NCBI GenBank assembly: GCA_963753285.1
Contig: CAVWBT010000010.1
Location: 240,481-304,480, forward strand
Length of the DNA stretch: 64,000 nt
Reading direction: 5' to 3'
Source of the DNA: an uncultured bacterium
Lineage (GTDB): Bacteria; Actinomycetota; Acidimicrobiia; Spongiisociales; ZC4RG35
The notes beneath the pieces are model-generated. The model did not search any database and was not told the DNA's origin. It saw only the letters and a program-made list of their open reading frames with translations. Shown here piece by piece: positions 42,579 to 52,268 of the stretch (position 1 is its first letter; each line of letters starts with the position of its first letter). The position numbers and the translations under genes are program-made.

Positions 42579-42927
42579 CGGAGACGATCGATTGATGGCC
42601 TGGGTGATCGGGCGGTCAGAGGGGCGTTGTGATGCGCCGCGAGCCCTCCGGGTTCGAACCCCCCTTGGCTTGCTGGCGCAAGCCTGTTCCCCCTGAGGGG
42701 GAACGAACAACGAGTCCGTCGTTTGGGGGGCATTGTGTGTCCCCTCTCTGGGGGGGACACGCTGCCGCCAGGCAGCGAGGGGGGCGTCGGCGCCCGGGGT
42801 AGGAAGCCCCGAAGGCTTGCGCCAGGCGGCCAGGGGGGAGTTGTGGTCATGACGCAACCACATCGGTTCTGCAGCCGCGGCACGCGACCCCCTTGTGTGC
42901 GGGTTTGCCGAGTGGCATATCGAGCAG

Positions 42928-43290
42928 ATGAAGTTCAGGACGACACCGGATCTGCAGTATCACGCACGAGAGATGCGAGGGGAGATGACCGTCTCCGAGC
43001 GCGCCGCCTGGAACGAGTTGAAGGGCAAGAAGCTGGGCGTCAGGTTTCGTCGGCAGGTGGTGATCGGTCCGTACATCGTCGATTTCGCCTGCTTCGATCC
43101 GCGCCTCGCGATCGAGATCGACGACCCGTCCCACGAGTATCGAGACGAGACGGTCCGGACGTCGTACATCGAGAGCCAGGGCTTCACCATGCTCCGATTC
43201 ACCAACGAGTTCGTGGCGAAGCACGGTGTCGGGAACTCGATCGCGAACTGGCTCGAGCAGAACCACGGACTGCACCAACCCTGGCGGTGA
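42928..43290 (+). CDS. DUF559 endonuclease-domain protein (Vsr-like fold)
   Basis: MTVSERAAWNELKGKKLGVRFRRQVVIGPYIVDFACFDPRLAIEIDD is the typical DUF559 core. ATG at 42928; alternative GTG at 42895. Confidence 0.7.
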   Translation: MKFRTTPDLQYHAREMRGEMTVSERAAWNELKGKKLGVRFRRQVVIGPYIVDFACFDPRLAIEIDDPSHEYRDETVRTSYIESQGFTMLRFTNEFVAKHGVGNSIANWLEQNHGLHQPWR

Positions 43291-43459
43291 CAACCCCCGT
43301 GGCTTGCTGGCGCATTGTTTGTCCCTTCTTTGGGGGGACAGGCCGCCCTCTGGGGCGGCCAGGGGGGTGTCGTGCCGGCGGCGCCACACGCTGACACGAG
43401 CGATGGCGCCTTGGGGTGACAGCCGCCGCGTGGGAAAGGCTGCGCGTACCCTGCCTGGC

Positions 43460-44365
43460 GTGTCTGAGCTGGTTCGTGTCTTCGTCGATGTGCTCACGCC
43501 GGTGTTCGTCATCGTCGGCGTGGGCTACCTGGTCGCAGGCCGGATGAAGGTCGACGCAGGGACACTGTCGAAGCTGGCCTACTGGATCCTGGGACCGGCG
43601 TTCATCTTCGATGTGCTGGCGGGCACCGACCTCCAGGGGGACGTGGTCCTGCGGGTCGTGCTCGTGAGCCTCGCCACCATGGTCGTCACCGGCCTGGGAG
43701 CGACCGGCGTCGCGCGGGCGATGGGCAGGTCGAGCTCGCAGACGAGTGCGACGATGCTGACATCGGTTCACGGGAACGTCGGCAACTTCGGGATCGCCAT
43801 CGCGGCGTTCGCCTTCGGCGAGGAGGCGCTTCCGCTCGCCGGCATCGTGATGGTCACGGTGAACACGGCCGGGATCCTCGTCGGTGTGGCCGCTGCCACG
43901 TCCCGTACTGCGCGTCCTGCGGTCGCCGTCAGAACCGCCTTTCTCGCCCCGATGGCCTTGGCGGTCATCCCTGCGGTCATCGTCAACGTGTCGAACTCGA
44001 CGCTGCCGGTGTTCGCCGATCGGCCGATCGGGTTGCTGGCGAATGCGCTCATCCCGATGATGCTGCTCACGCTCGGGATCCAGCTCGGTCAGATGGACCG
44101 CCCTCACGTCGGTTCGGTCGTGGCGGTCCCGATCGCAGCCAAGCTCATCGTGGCGCCGTCGGTCGCGGCGCTGATCGTGGCGATCGTCGGTCCAACGGGT
44201 CTCGCCGGTCAGGTCGTGATCGTGCAGGCGGCGATGCCTGCTGCGGTGTTCACGTCGCTGGTCGCGTTGGAGCACGACATGGAGCCCGATCTGGTCACGA
44301 CCATCGTGCTCGCCGGCACGCTCGTCTCCGTTCTGACTCTCCCTGTCGTCCTCACCCTCGTCTGA
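43460..44365 (+). CDS. AEC-family (auxin efflux carrier-like) membrane transporter
   Basis: ~10 TM in two inverted halves. GTG at 43460; alternative ATG at 43403. Confidence 0.75.
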   Translation: MSELVRVFVDVLTPVFVIVGVGYLVAGRMKVDAGTLSKLAYWILGPAFIFDVLAGTDLQGDVVLRVVLVSLATMVVTGLGATGVARAMGRSSSQTSATMLTSVHGNVGNFGIAIAAFAFGEEALPLAGIVMVTVNTAGILVGVAAATSRTARPAVAVRTAFLAPMALAVIPAVIVNVSNSTLPVFADRPIGLLANALIPMMLLTLGIQLGQMDRPHVGSVVAVPIAAKLIVAPSVAALIVAIVGPTGLAGQVVIVQAAMPAAVFTSLVALEHDMEPDLVTTIVLAGTLVSVLTLPVVLTLV

Positions 44366-44373
44366 TCGGTAGC

Positions 44374-45267
44374 GTGCGCTCGATGGCGCCCGAGCACCCC
44401 CGTCCAGGCCGCGCCACCCTGGCGGTGGCTCTCGCCGCCGCCTTGTTCGCCACCACCGGCACGGCGGCGGAACTCGGCCCGGATGCGCTGGCTCCCCAGA
44501 CGGCGGGGGCATGGCGAGCGGTGATCGGGGGATGTGGGCTGCTCACGTGGATGTGGCTCCGTCATCGTGCGATCCCGATCAGATCGCTGGACTGGCGGTG
44601 GGTGCTGCTCGGCGGTGTCGCGGTGGCCGGCTATCAGCTGACTTTCTTCGATGCCGTGTCGCGGACCGGAGTGGCCGTCGGCACGCTGGTGACGATCGGG
44701 ACCGGCCCGATCGTGGCGGGACTGATCGACCTCATCGCCGCTCGCCGGCCCCCGTCGGCGCGGTGGTTGGCGGGAGCCTTGTCCGGGATCGCCGGTGTTG
44801 CGTTGCTCACCGTGGATGCGCCCGACGTCGATGTCGTCGGAGTCGGGCTGGCACTGATCGCCGGGACCACCTTCCCGGTCTACGGTCTGGCCGCCCAACG
44901 GCTGATGCGGCGGGTCGAGCCCGATGTGGCGATCGGCGTGGTCTTCGGGACGGGAGCCGCTCTGCTGGCTCCGCTCGCCGTCGGTTCTGCGGCCGAAGCA
45001 CTCGACTCGATCGAGTCCTTCGTCACCGTCGTCTATCTCGGAGTCTTCACGCTCTCGATCGCCTACATCCTGTGGGGGCTGGGTCTGAAGCAGCTCACAC
45101 TCGGCGTCGTGGTCGTCGTCACACTGCTCGAGCCCGCCATCGCTTCGATGCTCGGCGTGGTCGTCCTCGGAGAGCCGTTCACCGGTCCTCTGGCCTTCGG
45201 CATCGGCCTGGTGGCGGCCGGCGTCTGGTTGGCGTCGACGACCAAGCCGGTGTCGGGGACGGTGTAG
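44374..45267 (+). CDS. EamA/DMT-family transporter
   Basis: 10 TM with duplicated EamA halves. Confidence 0.75.
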   Translation: MRSMAPEHPRPGRATLAVALAAALFATTGTAAELGPDALAPQTAGAWRAVIGGCGLLTWMWLRHRAIPIRSLDWRWVLLGGVAVAGYQLTFFDAVSRTGVAVGTLVTIGTGPIVAGLIDLIAARRPPSARWLAGALSGIAGVALLTVDAPDVDVVGVGLALIAGTTFPVYGLAAQRLMRRVEPDVAIGVVFGTGAALLAPLAVGSAAEALDSIESFVTVVYLGVFTLSIAYILWGLGLKQLTLGVVVVVTLLEPAIASMLGVVVLGEPFTGPLAFGIGLVAAGVWLASTTKPVSGTV

Positions 45268-45286
45268 GCCGGTAGCCTTCGACGCC

Positions 45287-46432
45287 ATGGTCAGTCAACG
45301 CCTCGAGCCGTTCGGGTCGACGATCTTCACCGAGATCTCGGCGCTCTCGCGTCAACACGGCGCGACCGACCTCGGCCAGGGCTATCCGACGTTCGAAGGC
45401 CCCGAGTCCGTCAAGCAGGCCGCCATCGAGGGCTTGCGCAGCGGGTGGAACCAGTATCCGCCGATGATGGGGATGACCGAGCTCCGCACCGCCGTGGCGG
45501 ACCGCTGGCGCAAGGACACGGGTCTTCTCGCCGACCCGGACAGAGAGATCACGGTCACCTCCGGCGCGACCGAGGCATTGGCGGCCACTTTCATCGGGAC
45601 GTTCGATCCCGGCGACGAGGTGATCCTCATCGAGCCCTACTACGACGCCTATCCGGTGGGCTGTGCGCTCTCTGGAGCCGTTCCGCGGTACGTGACGCTG
45701 CACACCCCCGAGTTCCGGCTCGATCCCGAGGCGCTCGAGTCGGTCGTCTCGGAGCGGACCCGGGCGATCCTGATCAACACTCCGCACAACCCCACCGGGA
45801 GGGTGTTCGATCGGACCGAGCTCGAAGCGGTCGCAGATCTCTGCCGTCGCCACGACATGATCGCCATCACCGACGAGGTGTACGAGCGGATGGTCTACGA
45901 CGTCGAACACGTCCGGCTCGCGACCCTGGAGGGCATGGCAGAGCGCACCATCACGATCTCGTCGATCGGCAAGTCGTTCTCGTTCACCGGATGGAAGACC
46001 GGCTGGGCGATCGCCCCACCCGAACACACGGCCGGGATCCGAGCTGCACACCAGTTCCTCACCTTCACGGTGCCGAATGCGATGCAGTACGGGTCGGCGG
46101 CCGCGCTCCGGATCGACGACTCGTACTACGCCGAGTTGACCGATCTGTACCGGTCGAAGCGGGACCGGCTCGTCGCAGGTCTCCGATCGATCGGACTCGA
46201 GGTCTACGAGCCACAGGGCACCTACTTCGTGCTCGCCGACCATCGCCCATTCGGGTTCGCTGACGACGTCTCGTTCGTCCAGCATCTCATCACCGAGGTC
46301 GGGGTCGCCGCCATCCCGCCCTCGGCGTTCTACACGAACTCCGACGAGGGCTCTCGATTGGTCCGGTTCGCCTTCTGCAAAGACGACCGGATCATCGATG
46401 AGGCGCTCGAGAAGCTCGCAGCGATGAAGTGA
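45287..46432 (+). CDS. PLP-dependent aminotransferase (class I/II)
   Basis: PLP-lysine context SIGKSFSFTGWKTGW and fold I length. Confidence 0.85.
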   Translation: MVSQRLEPFGSTIFTEISALSRQHGATDLGQGYPTFEGPESVKQAAIEGLRSGWNQYPPMMGMTELRTAVADRWRKDTGLLADPDREITVTSGATEALAATFIGTFDPGDEVILIEPYYDAYPVGCALSGAVPRYVTLHTPEFRLDPEALESVVSERTRAILINTPHNPTGRVFDRTELEAVADLCRRHDMIAITDEVYERMVYDVEHVRLATLEGMAERTITISSIGKSFSFTGWKTGWAIAPPEHTAGIRAAHQFLTFTVPNAMQYGSAAALRIDDSYYAELTDLYRSKRDRLVAGLRSIGLEVYEPQGTYFVLADHRPFGFADDVSFVQHLITEVGVAAIPPSAFYTNSDEGSRLVRFAFCKDDRIIDEALEKLAAMK

Positions 46433-46533
46433 GGGGTAGGTCCTGACGTCGCACGGAGGCGTTGTGTAGGGTCGCCGGTGTATCACGAGGAGCCGACGAT
46501 GCTCCGCGATGACGTCCGCAACGAGGGGAACCC

Positions 46534-47664
46534 ATGGTCATAGGAAGGCAATACCCGCACAACCACGAAGACCTCGTCACGGTCGGCGGGAAGGAGGTCG
46601 TCTTCGATTCGAGGGGTTTCGAGTACATCGACGACGAGGTGATCGTCGCCGCAGACGATGTCGATGCGGCACTCCGCGTGCTCGCCAAGCGATTCGACGC
46701 ACGCGTCGCAGAGCAGGATGGCGCCACCGACGTGTCGATCATCGAGCTCGCAGCCAACGGGAAACTCCTAGAGATCGTTGCCAGGCTCGAGGCGGCGGGG
46801 ATACCGGCATCACCGAATCACGTGCTCCAGACGACTTGGCACTCCACGGTCATCGGCACCGGACGACCGAAGCCGGCTCGGCCCAACGCCTGGCTCACGA
46901 GTCAACTGAAGAAGAAGCCGAGCGCCCGCCGCCGTCCGGTAGTGGCCGTGATCGACACCGGAATCGTCAAGCACTCGCGATTGGTCAACGTGCGAGGCGT
47001 CGGTCAGGCCACGGATCGCCAGACGGACCCGGCTGCGAAGTCGTTCGGGCACGGCACGTTCGTCGCAGGTCTGATCGCCGCAGAGTGCCCTGACGCGGAC
47101 ATCAAGGTGTTCCGCGCCGAGTTCGGTTCCACCGATGACAACTGGTTCGGCCTGATCACCGACGCCGACCTCGCAGCGTCGATCGATTCCGCGCTGGCCC
47201 GGTTGAAGGTCATCGACGTGATGAATCTGTCGATCGGCGGCTACACGCACGACAACCGCCCATTGTTCGCCACGAGTCGGAGCGTCGCCCGGGCGATCCG
47301 GCGCAACGTCACCGTTGTAGCGGGTGCCGGGAACGACGGGCGCCGCGACCCCTTCTACCCCGCTGCAGAACCCGGCGTGATCGGCGTCGGCTCGATCGAC
47401 GCGTCCGGCAAACGGTCGTGCTTCTCGAACATCGGTCCATGGGTCGACGTCGAAGCCGTGGGCGAGGACGTCGTGTCGACGTTCCCGGAGACCGAGGTTC
47501 ACACCATTGCACTCCCCGAGGGCGGCTCCGCCGGGTGTCCCCCGGAACCCGCGTCGCCGGAACAGACCGTCGACTTCACCGGAGGATTCGCGCGGTGGTC
47601 CGGCACGTCCTTCTCGGCGGCACGAGTATCTGGTGCGATCGCTGCCACCCGAATCGGACGCTGA
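46534..47664 (+). CDS. S8-family subtilisin-like serine peptidase, no signal peptide, ~140-aa N-terminal domain
   Basis: Catalytic triad contexts VAVIDTGI (Asp), HGTFVAG (His) and GTSFSAA (Ser). The N-terminus is non-hydrophobic. Confidence 0.85.
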   Translation: MVIGRQYPHNHEDLVTVGGKEVVFDSRGFEYIDDEVIVAADDVDAALRVLAKRFDARVAEQDGATDVSIIELAANGKLLEIVARLEAAGIPASPNHVLQTTWHSTVIGTGRPKPARPNAWLTSQLKKKPSARRRPVVAVIDTGIVKHSRLVNVRGVGQATDRQTDPAAKSFGHGTFVAGLIAAECPDADIKVFRAEFGSTDDNWFGLITDADLAASIDSALARLKVIDVMNLSIGGYTHDNRPLFATSRSVARAIRRNVTVVAGAGNDGRRDPFYPAAEPGVIGVGSIDASGKRSCFSNIGPWVDVEAVGEDVVSTFPETEVHTIALPEGGSAGCPPEPASPEQTVDFTGGFARWSGTSFSAARVSGAIAATRIGR

Positions 47665-50221
47665 AGACTCCGGGCTGAGGCTGGCGGGGGAGGCCTGGGA
47701 CGCGGCCACCTCCGATCCCGACTCCGCCCGTGAGTTGGCGGCTTGGGTGCTGGCGCACAGCGGCTCCCCTCGGGCGCGGGCCCTTGCCGCGCGTGCACTC
47801 GGTGTGGCACTGCGAACGCTGCGTGACCTCCCAGGCGCCCTCACCGCCTTCAAAGAGGCCATCGAGATCGCAGATGGGGACGACCTGCCCGCCGAGCGCG
47901 CATTCGCTCAGGTGCTCCTCGCGGGCGCCGAATTCCTGGCCGGCCGACCCGACCGCTCGCTGGAGCTGCTCGACGCCGCAGTCCCGGACCTCGAGGGGGA
48001 ACAACTGGTGCTGGCGCACATGCAGACGGGCATCGTGCGGGGGCTGTCCGGCGACTTCGCGAACGGTCTCGCGGCGCTGGACTCGATCAGCGATCAGGTG
48101 GGGTCGCTGCCGCTCATGCGGCAGGGGATGTATCACACGAATCGGGCGGCTTGCCTCCTCGGGATCAACCGGGCGACCGAGGCGATCGAGGTCTTCGAGC
48201 AGGCGCTGACGCTCTACGAGCGGGTGGGAGAGCCCCACCTCTCGTCGAACGCGCTCCACAATCTCGCTCGCGCCTACGCCGCTTCAGGTCATGTCGTCGG
48301 TGCGTTGCGTTGCTTCGAACGGGTCGATGCGCTCGGCATCGGGCCGCCGTCCGGTGTCGACCTCGTCGACCGGGCCACGGTGTTCCTTTCGGCCAGCCTC
48401 CTGCAGGAGGCCGAGGACTCGGCGCGACGGGCCAGACAGGCGGCAGCGCGGGCTCCGATCGAGGAGTGGCACCCGGTTGCTTCGATGATCCTCGCCCAGG
48501 CGCTCGAAGCCCTCGGCGACGTCGCTGGCGCCGTCGAGCCGGCGCAGCATGCGATGGAGTTGTTCGAACAGCAGGACCGCCCGAACCTCCGCGATCTCGC
48601 CGAGGCCGTCGAACTGCGCTGCCTCGCTGTGGTCCACGGCGGCGACGGTGTCGCAGAGCGGGCCCGTGCAACCGCAGCCCGGCTGGCCGAGTGGGGTGCT
48701 TCCGCCGAAGCGATCACACTCCTGCTCGGCGTCGTACGACGTTCGATCGATGAACGGTTGATCCGGGCGCAGCTCGAGGCGGCAATGGACATTCGGACCG
48801 CCGGCCTCGGACCCGACGTCCTCCGGGCGGAGGCATTCGCTCGGCTCGCCGTACTCGATGGCGACATCGACAGCATGGAAACCATGGTCGCCGAAGCCTT
48901 CGAGTCGCTCGACGAATGGCGACGGACGATCGGCTCGACGGAACTGCAGGCTGGCGTCGCCCGCCAGGGCGTGCATCTCGCCGATGTCGCGATCGGGGTT
49001 GCGATCGGGCGGCGAGACGCAGCGTCGGCGCTCGAAGCAGTCGAACGCCCTCGGGCGCTGTCGCTGGTCTCGACGAAGGATCGCCCCCGAAACGAGGAAC
49101 TCGACCGTCTGCTCGTCGAGTACCGGGCGCTCGCAGGGCGGTTGGAGACGGGCGGCCACCAAGCCGACAGAAGCCGTCTCGAACGAAGGATCAGGGAGCT
49201 CGGCAGGCTGGCGGACCACACGACGGAGACATCTCGACAGCCGGCAGTCGACACGGCCGTCGAGCGTCTGGTAGGTCGGCGATTGGTGGAGTTCATCGAT
49301 CATCGTGGCTCGATCTTCGCGATCACGGTCTCGGGCGGTGCTCCGATGGAGATGGTCGAGGTCGCCTCGGTCGCAGATGTCCGCTCCGAGATCGACTCAT
49401 TGCGCAGCGCAGTAGCTCGATTGGCGAGTCCGCAGATCTCTCCTGCCGCACGTGACGCGTTCGCCACCGTGCTCGATGCGTCGGCTGGATTCGTCTCCGA
49501 CTGGCTGTTCGGCTCGGTCGACCTCGGAGACGCTTCGTCGGTCCTCGTGGTCCCGTCCCGGTCGCTCGGGTCGCTCCCGTGGTCCGCGCTCCCAGCGCTG
49601 TCCGGCCGTGCGTTCACCGTTGCGCCGTCCTTTCGCCTGTGGGCAGCGATGGATTCGCGAGCGCCGTCAGACTCCGGGCGTGTCGTGGCAGTCGGGCTCG
49701 AGGACCCCCCGTTGGCCTCGATGGAAGCCCGCGCCGTTGCCGAGCTGCGTGGTGGGACGGCCATCGTCGGGGACGAAGCGACCGTGGACGTCGTCGTCCG
49801 CGAGATCGACGGTGCCGGCGTCGCCCATCTGGCCTGCCACGGGGTCTTCCGCGGTGACAACCCCCTGATGTCCTCGCTCTCCATGGCGGATGGGCCGATC
49901 ACGGTCTACGACCTCGAACACCTGCGCGATCCGCCGAGGACGCTCGTGCTCTCCGCGTGTGAGGTCGCGCAGTCCCAGCGCCTCGCCGGAGATGCGCTTC
50001 TCGGCATGACGGCCTCACTGATGGCGGCGGGTACACGGTCGATCATCGCCGCGACCACGGTGGTATCGGACCAGGCGGCGCCCGAGTTCATGGAAGAGTG
50101 GCACCGGAGCCATTCGGAGGGAGCGTCACCGGCCGAGGCATTGGCGCATGCCCGATCTTCGATGTCCGGCGATCCTCGCGCGCGGGCGGTTGCGGCCTCG
50201 TTCCTGTGTCTCGGGGTCTGA
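47642..50221 (+). CDS. TPR-repeat + CHAT-domain (caspase-like) protein
   Basis: An ~860-aa helical-repeat N-terminus, then a C-terminal CHAT core with the His/Cys dyad HLACHG ... LVLSACEVAQ. GTG at 47642 overlaps the S8 gene end; the listed ORF opens at 47507. Confidence 0.75.
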   Translation: MPPESDAEDSGLRLAGEAWDAATSDPDSARELAAWVLAHSGSPRARALAARALGVALRTLRDLPGALTAFKEAIEIADGDDLPAERAFAQVLLAGAEFLAGRPDRSLELLDAAVPDLEGEQLVLAHMQTGIVRGLSGDFANGLAALDSISDQVGSLPLMRQGMYHTNRAACLLGINRATEAIEVFEQALTLYERVGEPHLSSNALHNLARAYAASGHVVGALRCFERVDALGIGPPSGVDLVDRATVFLSASLLQEAEDSARRARQAAARAPIEEWHPVASMILAQALEALGDVAGAVEPAQHAMELFEQQDRPNLRDLAEAVELRCLAVVHGGDGVAERARATAARLAEWGASAEAITLLLGVVRRSIDERLIRAQLEAAMDIRTAGLGPDVLRAEAFARLAVLDGDIDSMETMVAEAFESLDEWRRTIGSTELQAGVARQGVHLADVAIGVAIGRRDAASALEAVERPRALSLVSTKDRPRNEELDRLLVEYRALAGRLETGGHQADRSRLERRIRELGRLADHTTETSRQPAVDTAVERLVGRRLVEFIDHRGSIFAITVSGGAPMEMVEVASVADVRSEIDSLRSAVARLASPQISPAARDAFATVLDASAGFVSDWLFGSVDLGDASSVLVVPSRSLGSLPWSALPALSGRAFTVAPSFRLWAAMDSRAPSDSGRVVAVGLEDPPLASMEARAVAELRGGTAIVGDEATVDVVVREIDGAGVAHLACHGVFRGDNPLMSSLSMADGPITVYDLEHLRDPPRTLVLSACEVAQSQRLAGDALLGMTASLMAAGTRSIIAATTVVSDQAAPEFMEEWHRSHSEGASPAEALAHARSSMSGDPRARAVAASFLCLGV

Positions 50222-50317
50222 ACCGAAACGCGCGTATCAGATGCCGACCGACCGGCTCTGTTGATCATGTCATCCGTCGCCAGGGACGCACGCCACCGAT
50301 CTCTAGGATCGTGCCGT

Positions 50318-50863
50318 ATGTCGGAACGATCGGTCGCGCTGTTGCTCGAGGCTGCCTCGGAGGGAGATCAGGCAGCCTGGAACGCGCTCGTCGACCGGTA
50401 CGGCCGGCTCGTGTGGTCGGTGGTGCGCGGTTTCCGGCTGGACGACGCCGCTGCCCACGACGTCTTTCAGACGGTGTGGCTCCGACTGGTCGAGCACGTC
50501 GATCGGATCCGTGAGCCGGAACGACTGCCGGGATGGCTGTCGATGACCGCCAAGAACGAGTGCATCAGGGTGCTGAAGCGGCAGAAGCGGCAGATCCCGA
50601 GCGACTTCGAATACGACGTCGCCGATCCCACTGCCCGGGACTTCGCCGACCCGCTCATCGATCTCGAATCCATCGAGGTGGCGATCGACGCATTCGAACA
50701 ACTCTCACCCGAACATCAGCAGTTGATGCGGCTGCTGTGCGCGGACCCGCCACTGGACTACGAGACGATCGCATCGATAATCGACCGTCCGATCGGATCG
50801 ATCGGGCCGACGAGGGCGAGATGCATCGCCAAGCTCAGGGCCATCATCGGAGAGGAATCGTGA
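50318..50863 (+). CDS. ECF (sigma-70 family) RNA polymerase sigma factor
   Basis: Region 2 (LVWSVVRGFRLDDAAAHDVFQTVWLRLVEH) and region 4 (YETIASIIDRPIGSIGPTRARCIAKLR). Confidence 0.8.
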   Translation: MSERSVALLLEAASEGDQAAWNALVDRYGRLVWSVVRGFRLDDAAAHDVFQTVWLRLVEHVDRIREPERLPGWLSMTAKNECIRVLKRQKRQIPSDFEYDVADPTARDFADPLIDLESIEVAIDAFEQLSPEHQQLMRLLCADPPLDYETIASIIDRPIGSIGPTRARCIAKLRAIIGEES

Positions 50864-51309
50864 ACGAGCACATCACAGACGACGAGCTCGTCGAAGCAAT
50901 CAAGGCAGGGCTGGAACTCAACGACCCGGTGCCGACCTCCGCGCTCGAAGCGGCCAAAGCCGCCTTCACGTGGCGGACCATCGACGCCGAGCTGGCGGAG
51001 CTGGTGTACGACTCGGCAGAGTCCGGTCTCGTCGGGGTCAGGGGGGAGGCGGCGCGTCAGGTGACCTTCCGCAGCCCCGGAGTCGAGATCGAGGTCATGG
51101 TCGTCGACGAGCGAGCCCGGAGAATCGTCGGACAGCTCGTCCCACCGCAGCAGGCGACCGTCGAGCTGCACACGTCGGCAGGGGTCCGGGAACAGGGCTC
51201 GGACTCGCTCGGCAGGTTCGGCTTCGAAGGAATCGCACCCGGGCCGGTGAAGCTCTCGGTGCAGACTGCCGACGGCGGTACTGTCGTCACCGAATGGACG
51301 ATCATCTGA
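50860..51309 (+). CDS. hypothetical protein co-transcribed with ECF sigma (GTGA overlap), possible anti-sigma/partner
   Basis: 149 aa with no TM or Zn motif. An N-terminal helix, then a probable beta-sandwich. Confidence 0.45.
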   Translation: MNEHITDDELVEAIKAGLELNDPVPTSALEAAKAAFTWRTIDAELAELVYDSAESGLVGVRGEAARQVTFRSPGVEIEVMVVDERARRIVGQLVPPQQATVELHTSAGVREQGSDSLGRFGFEGIAPGPVKLSVQTADGGTVVTEWTII

Positions 51310-52268
51310 CATCCCCACCCCACCTGCGTTGGGGCATCATCGGGACCGGTGGCATCGCCGCCGCGTTCGCCGCCGCCATCGCCGAGCACGGCTCGGCGGT
51401 CTCCGCCGTGGCTTCGCGGTCCGCCGAACGTGCAGCCGCCTTCGTCGAACGCCAGGGGATGGATGTCAGCGCGGGGACGATCGACTCCCTCGTCGAAACC
51501 CGGCCGGATGTCGTGTACGTCGGTTCGTCGCACACCAACCACCTCGGCGATGCGCTCGCATGCCTGAACGCGGGGATCCCGGTGCTCTGCGAAAAGCCGC
51601 TCACCCCCGACCTCGCAACGACCGACCGGATGATCGAGGCAGCCCGGGACAACGGCGTGTTCTTGATGGAGGCGATGTGGATGCGATTCCAACCCGCTTG
51701 GATGCTGCTCGAGTCGCTCGTCGCCGAGGGCCGAATCGGTCCGCTGCGAACCATCCACGCCGACTTCGGGATCGTGGCCAACGATGATCCGGAGCGACGT
51801 TGGTTCGACCCGTCCCAGGCGGGAGGGTCGCTGCTCGACGTGGGTATCTACCCGGTGACCTTTGCGCAGCTGCTCGCCGGACCTCCGTTGGAGGTCCAGG
51901 CCACCCGTGCGCTCACCGGCACCGGTGTCGACGCCCAGTACGCAATCACCATGAAGCACGAGAACGACGTGCTCTCGTTGCTGGGGTCGTCGTTCGTGTC
52001 GGACACGAACCTCACGGCCACGGTGTCGGGTCCGCTCGGTCGGCTCCACCTCACCTCACCGTTCCATCACAGCTCGCGGGTCGAGCACTGGAAACGTAGT
52101 GACCTGGTTGGATCGTGGGAGGTCGAGTACGAGGGATCCGGCTACACCTTCGAGGTCGCCGAGGTCGAGTTGTGCCTCGCCGCCGGCCTCACCGAGAGCC
52201 CCCGCCACCCCCTGGCCGACACCCGCGCCGTCATGGCCACCTTGGACCACCTGTTGGGGCTTGCATGA
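51294..52268 (+). CDS. Gfo/Idh/MocA-family oxidoreductase
   Basis: N-terminal Rossmann motif WGIIGTGGIAAAFA and a conserved EKPL motif. Confidence 0.8.
   Translation: MDDHLTSPPHLRWGIIGTGGIAAAFAAAIAEHGSAVSAVASRSAERAAAFVERQGMDVSAGTIDSLVETRPDVVYVGSSHTNHLGDALACLNAGIPVLCEKPLTPDLATTDRMIEAARDNGVFLMEAMWMRFQPAWMLLESLVAEGRIGPLRTIHADFGIVANDDPERRWFDPSQAGGSLLDVGIYPVTFAQLLAGPPLEVQATRALTGTGVDAQYAITMKHENDVLSLLGSSFVSDTNLTATVSGPLGRLHLTSPFHHSSRVEHWKRSDLVGSWEVEYEGSGYTFEVAEVELCLAAGLTESPRHPLADTRAVMATLDHLLGLA

Noticed and set aside
42600-42660. tRNA or tRNA-fragment att site suggested by GGGTTCGAACCC (T-loop-like) near array 1.
   Set aside because: The 12-mer is a perfect palindrome with no flanking acceptor or T-stem complementarity. 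No cloverleaf can be built by hand.
41747-42883. Long minus-strand ORFs (378, 358 and 246 aa) and the 101-aa ORF ladder at 61102..61619 that span the tandem arrays with repetitive peptide sequences.
   Set aside because: The periods are 88 and 106 bp, not multiples of 3. All three frames stay open only because the repeat lacks stop codons on that strand. These are GC-rich repeat artefacts, not repeat proteins.
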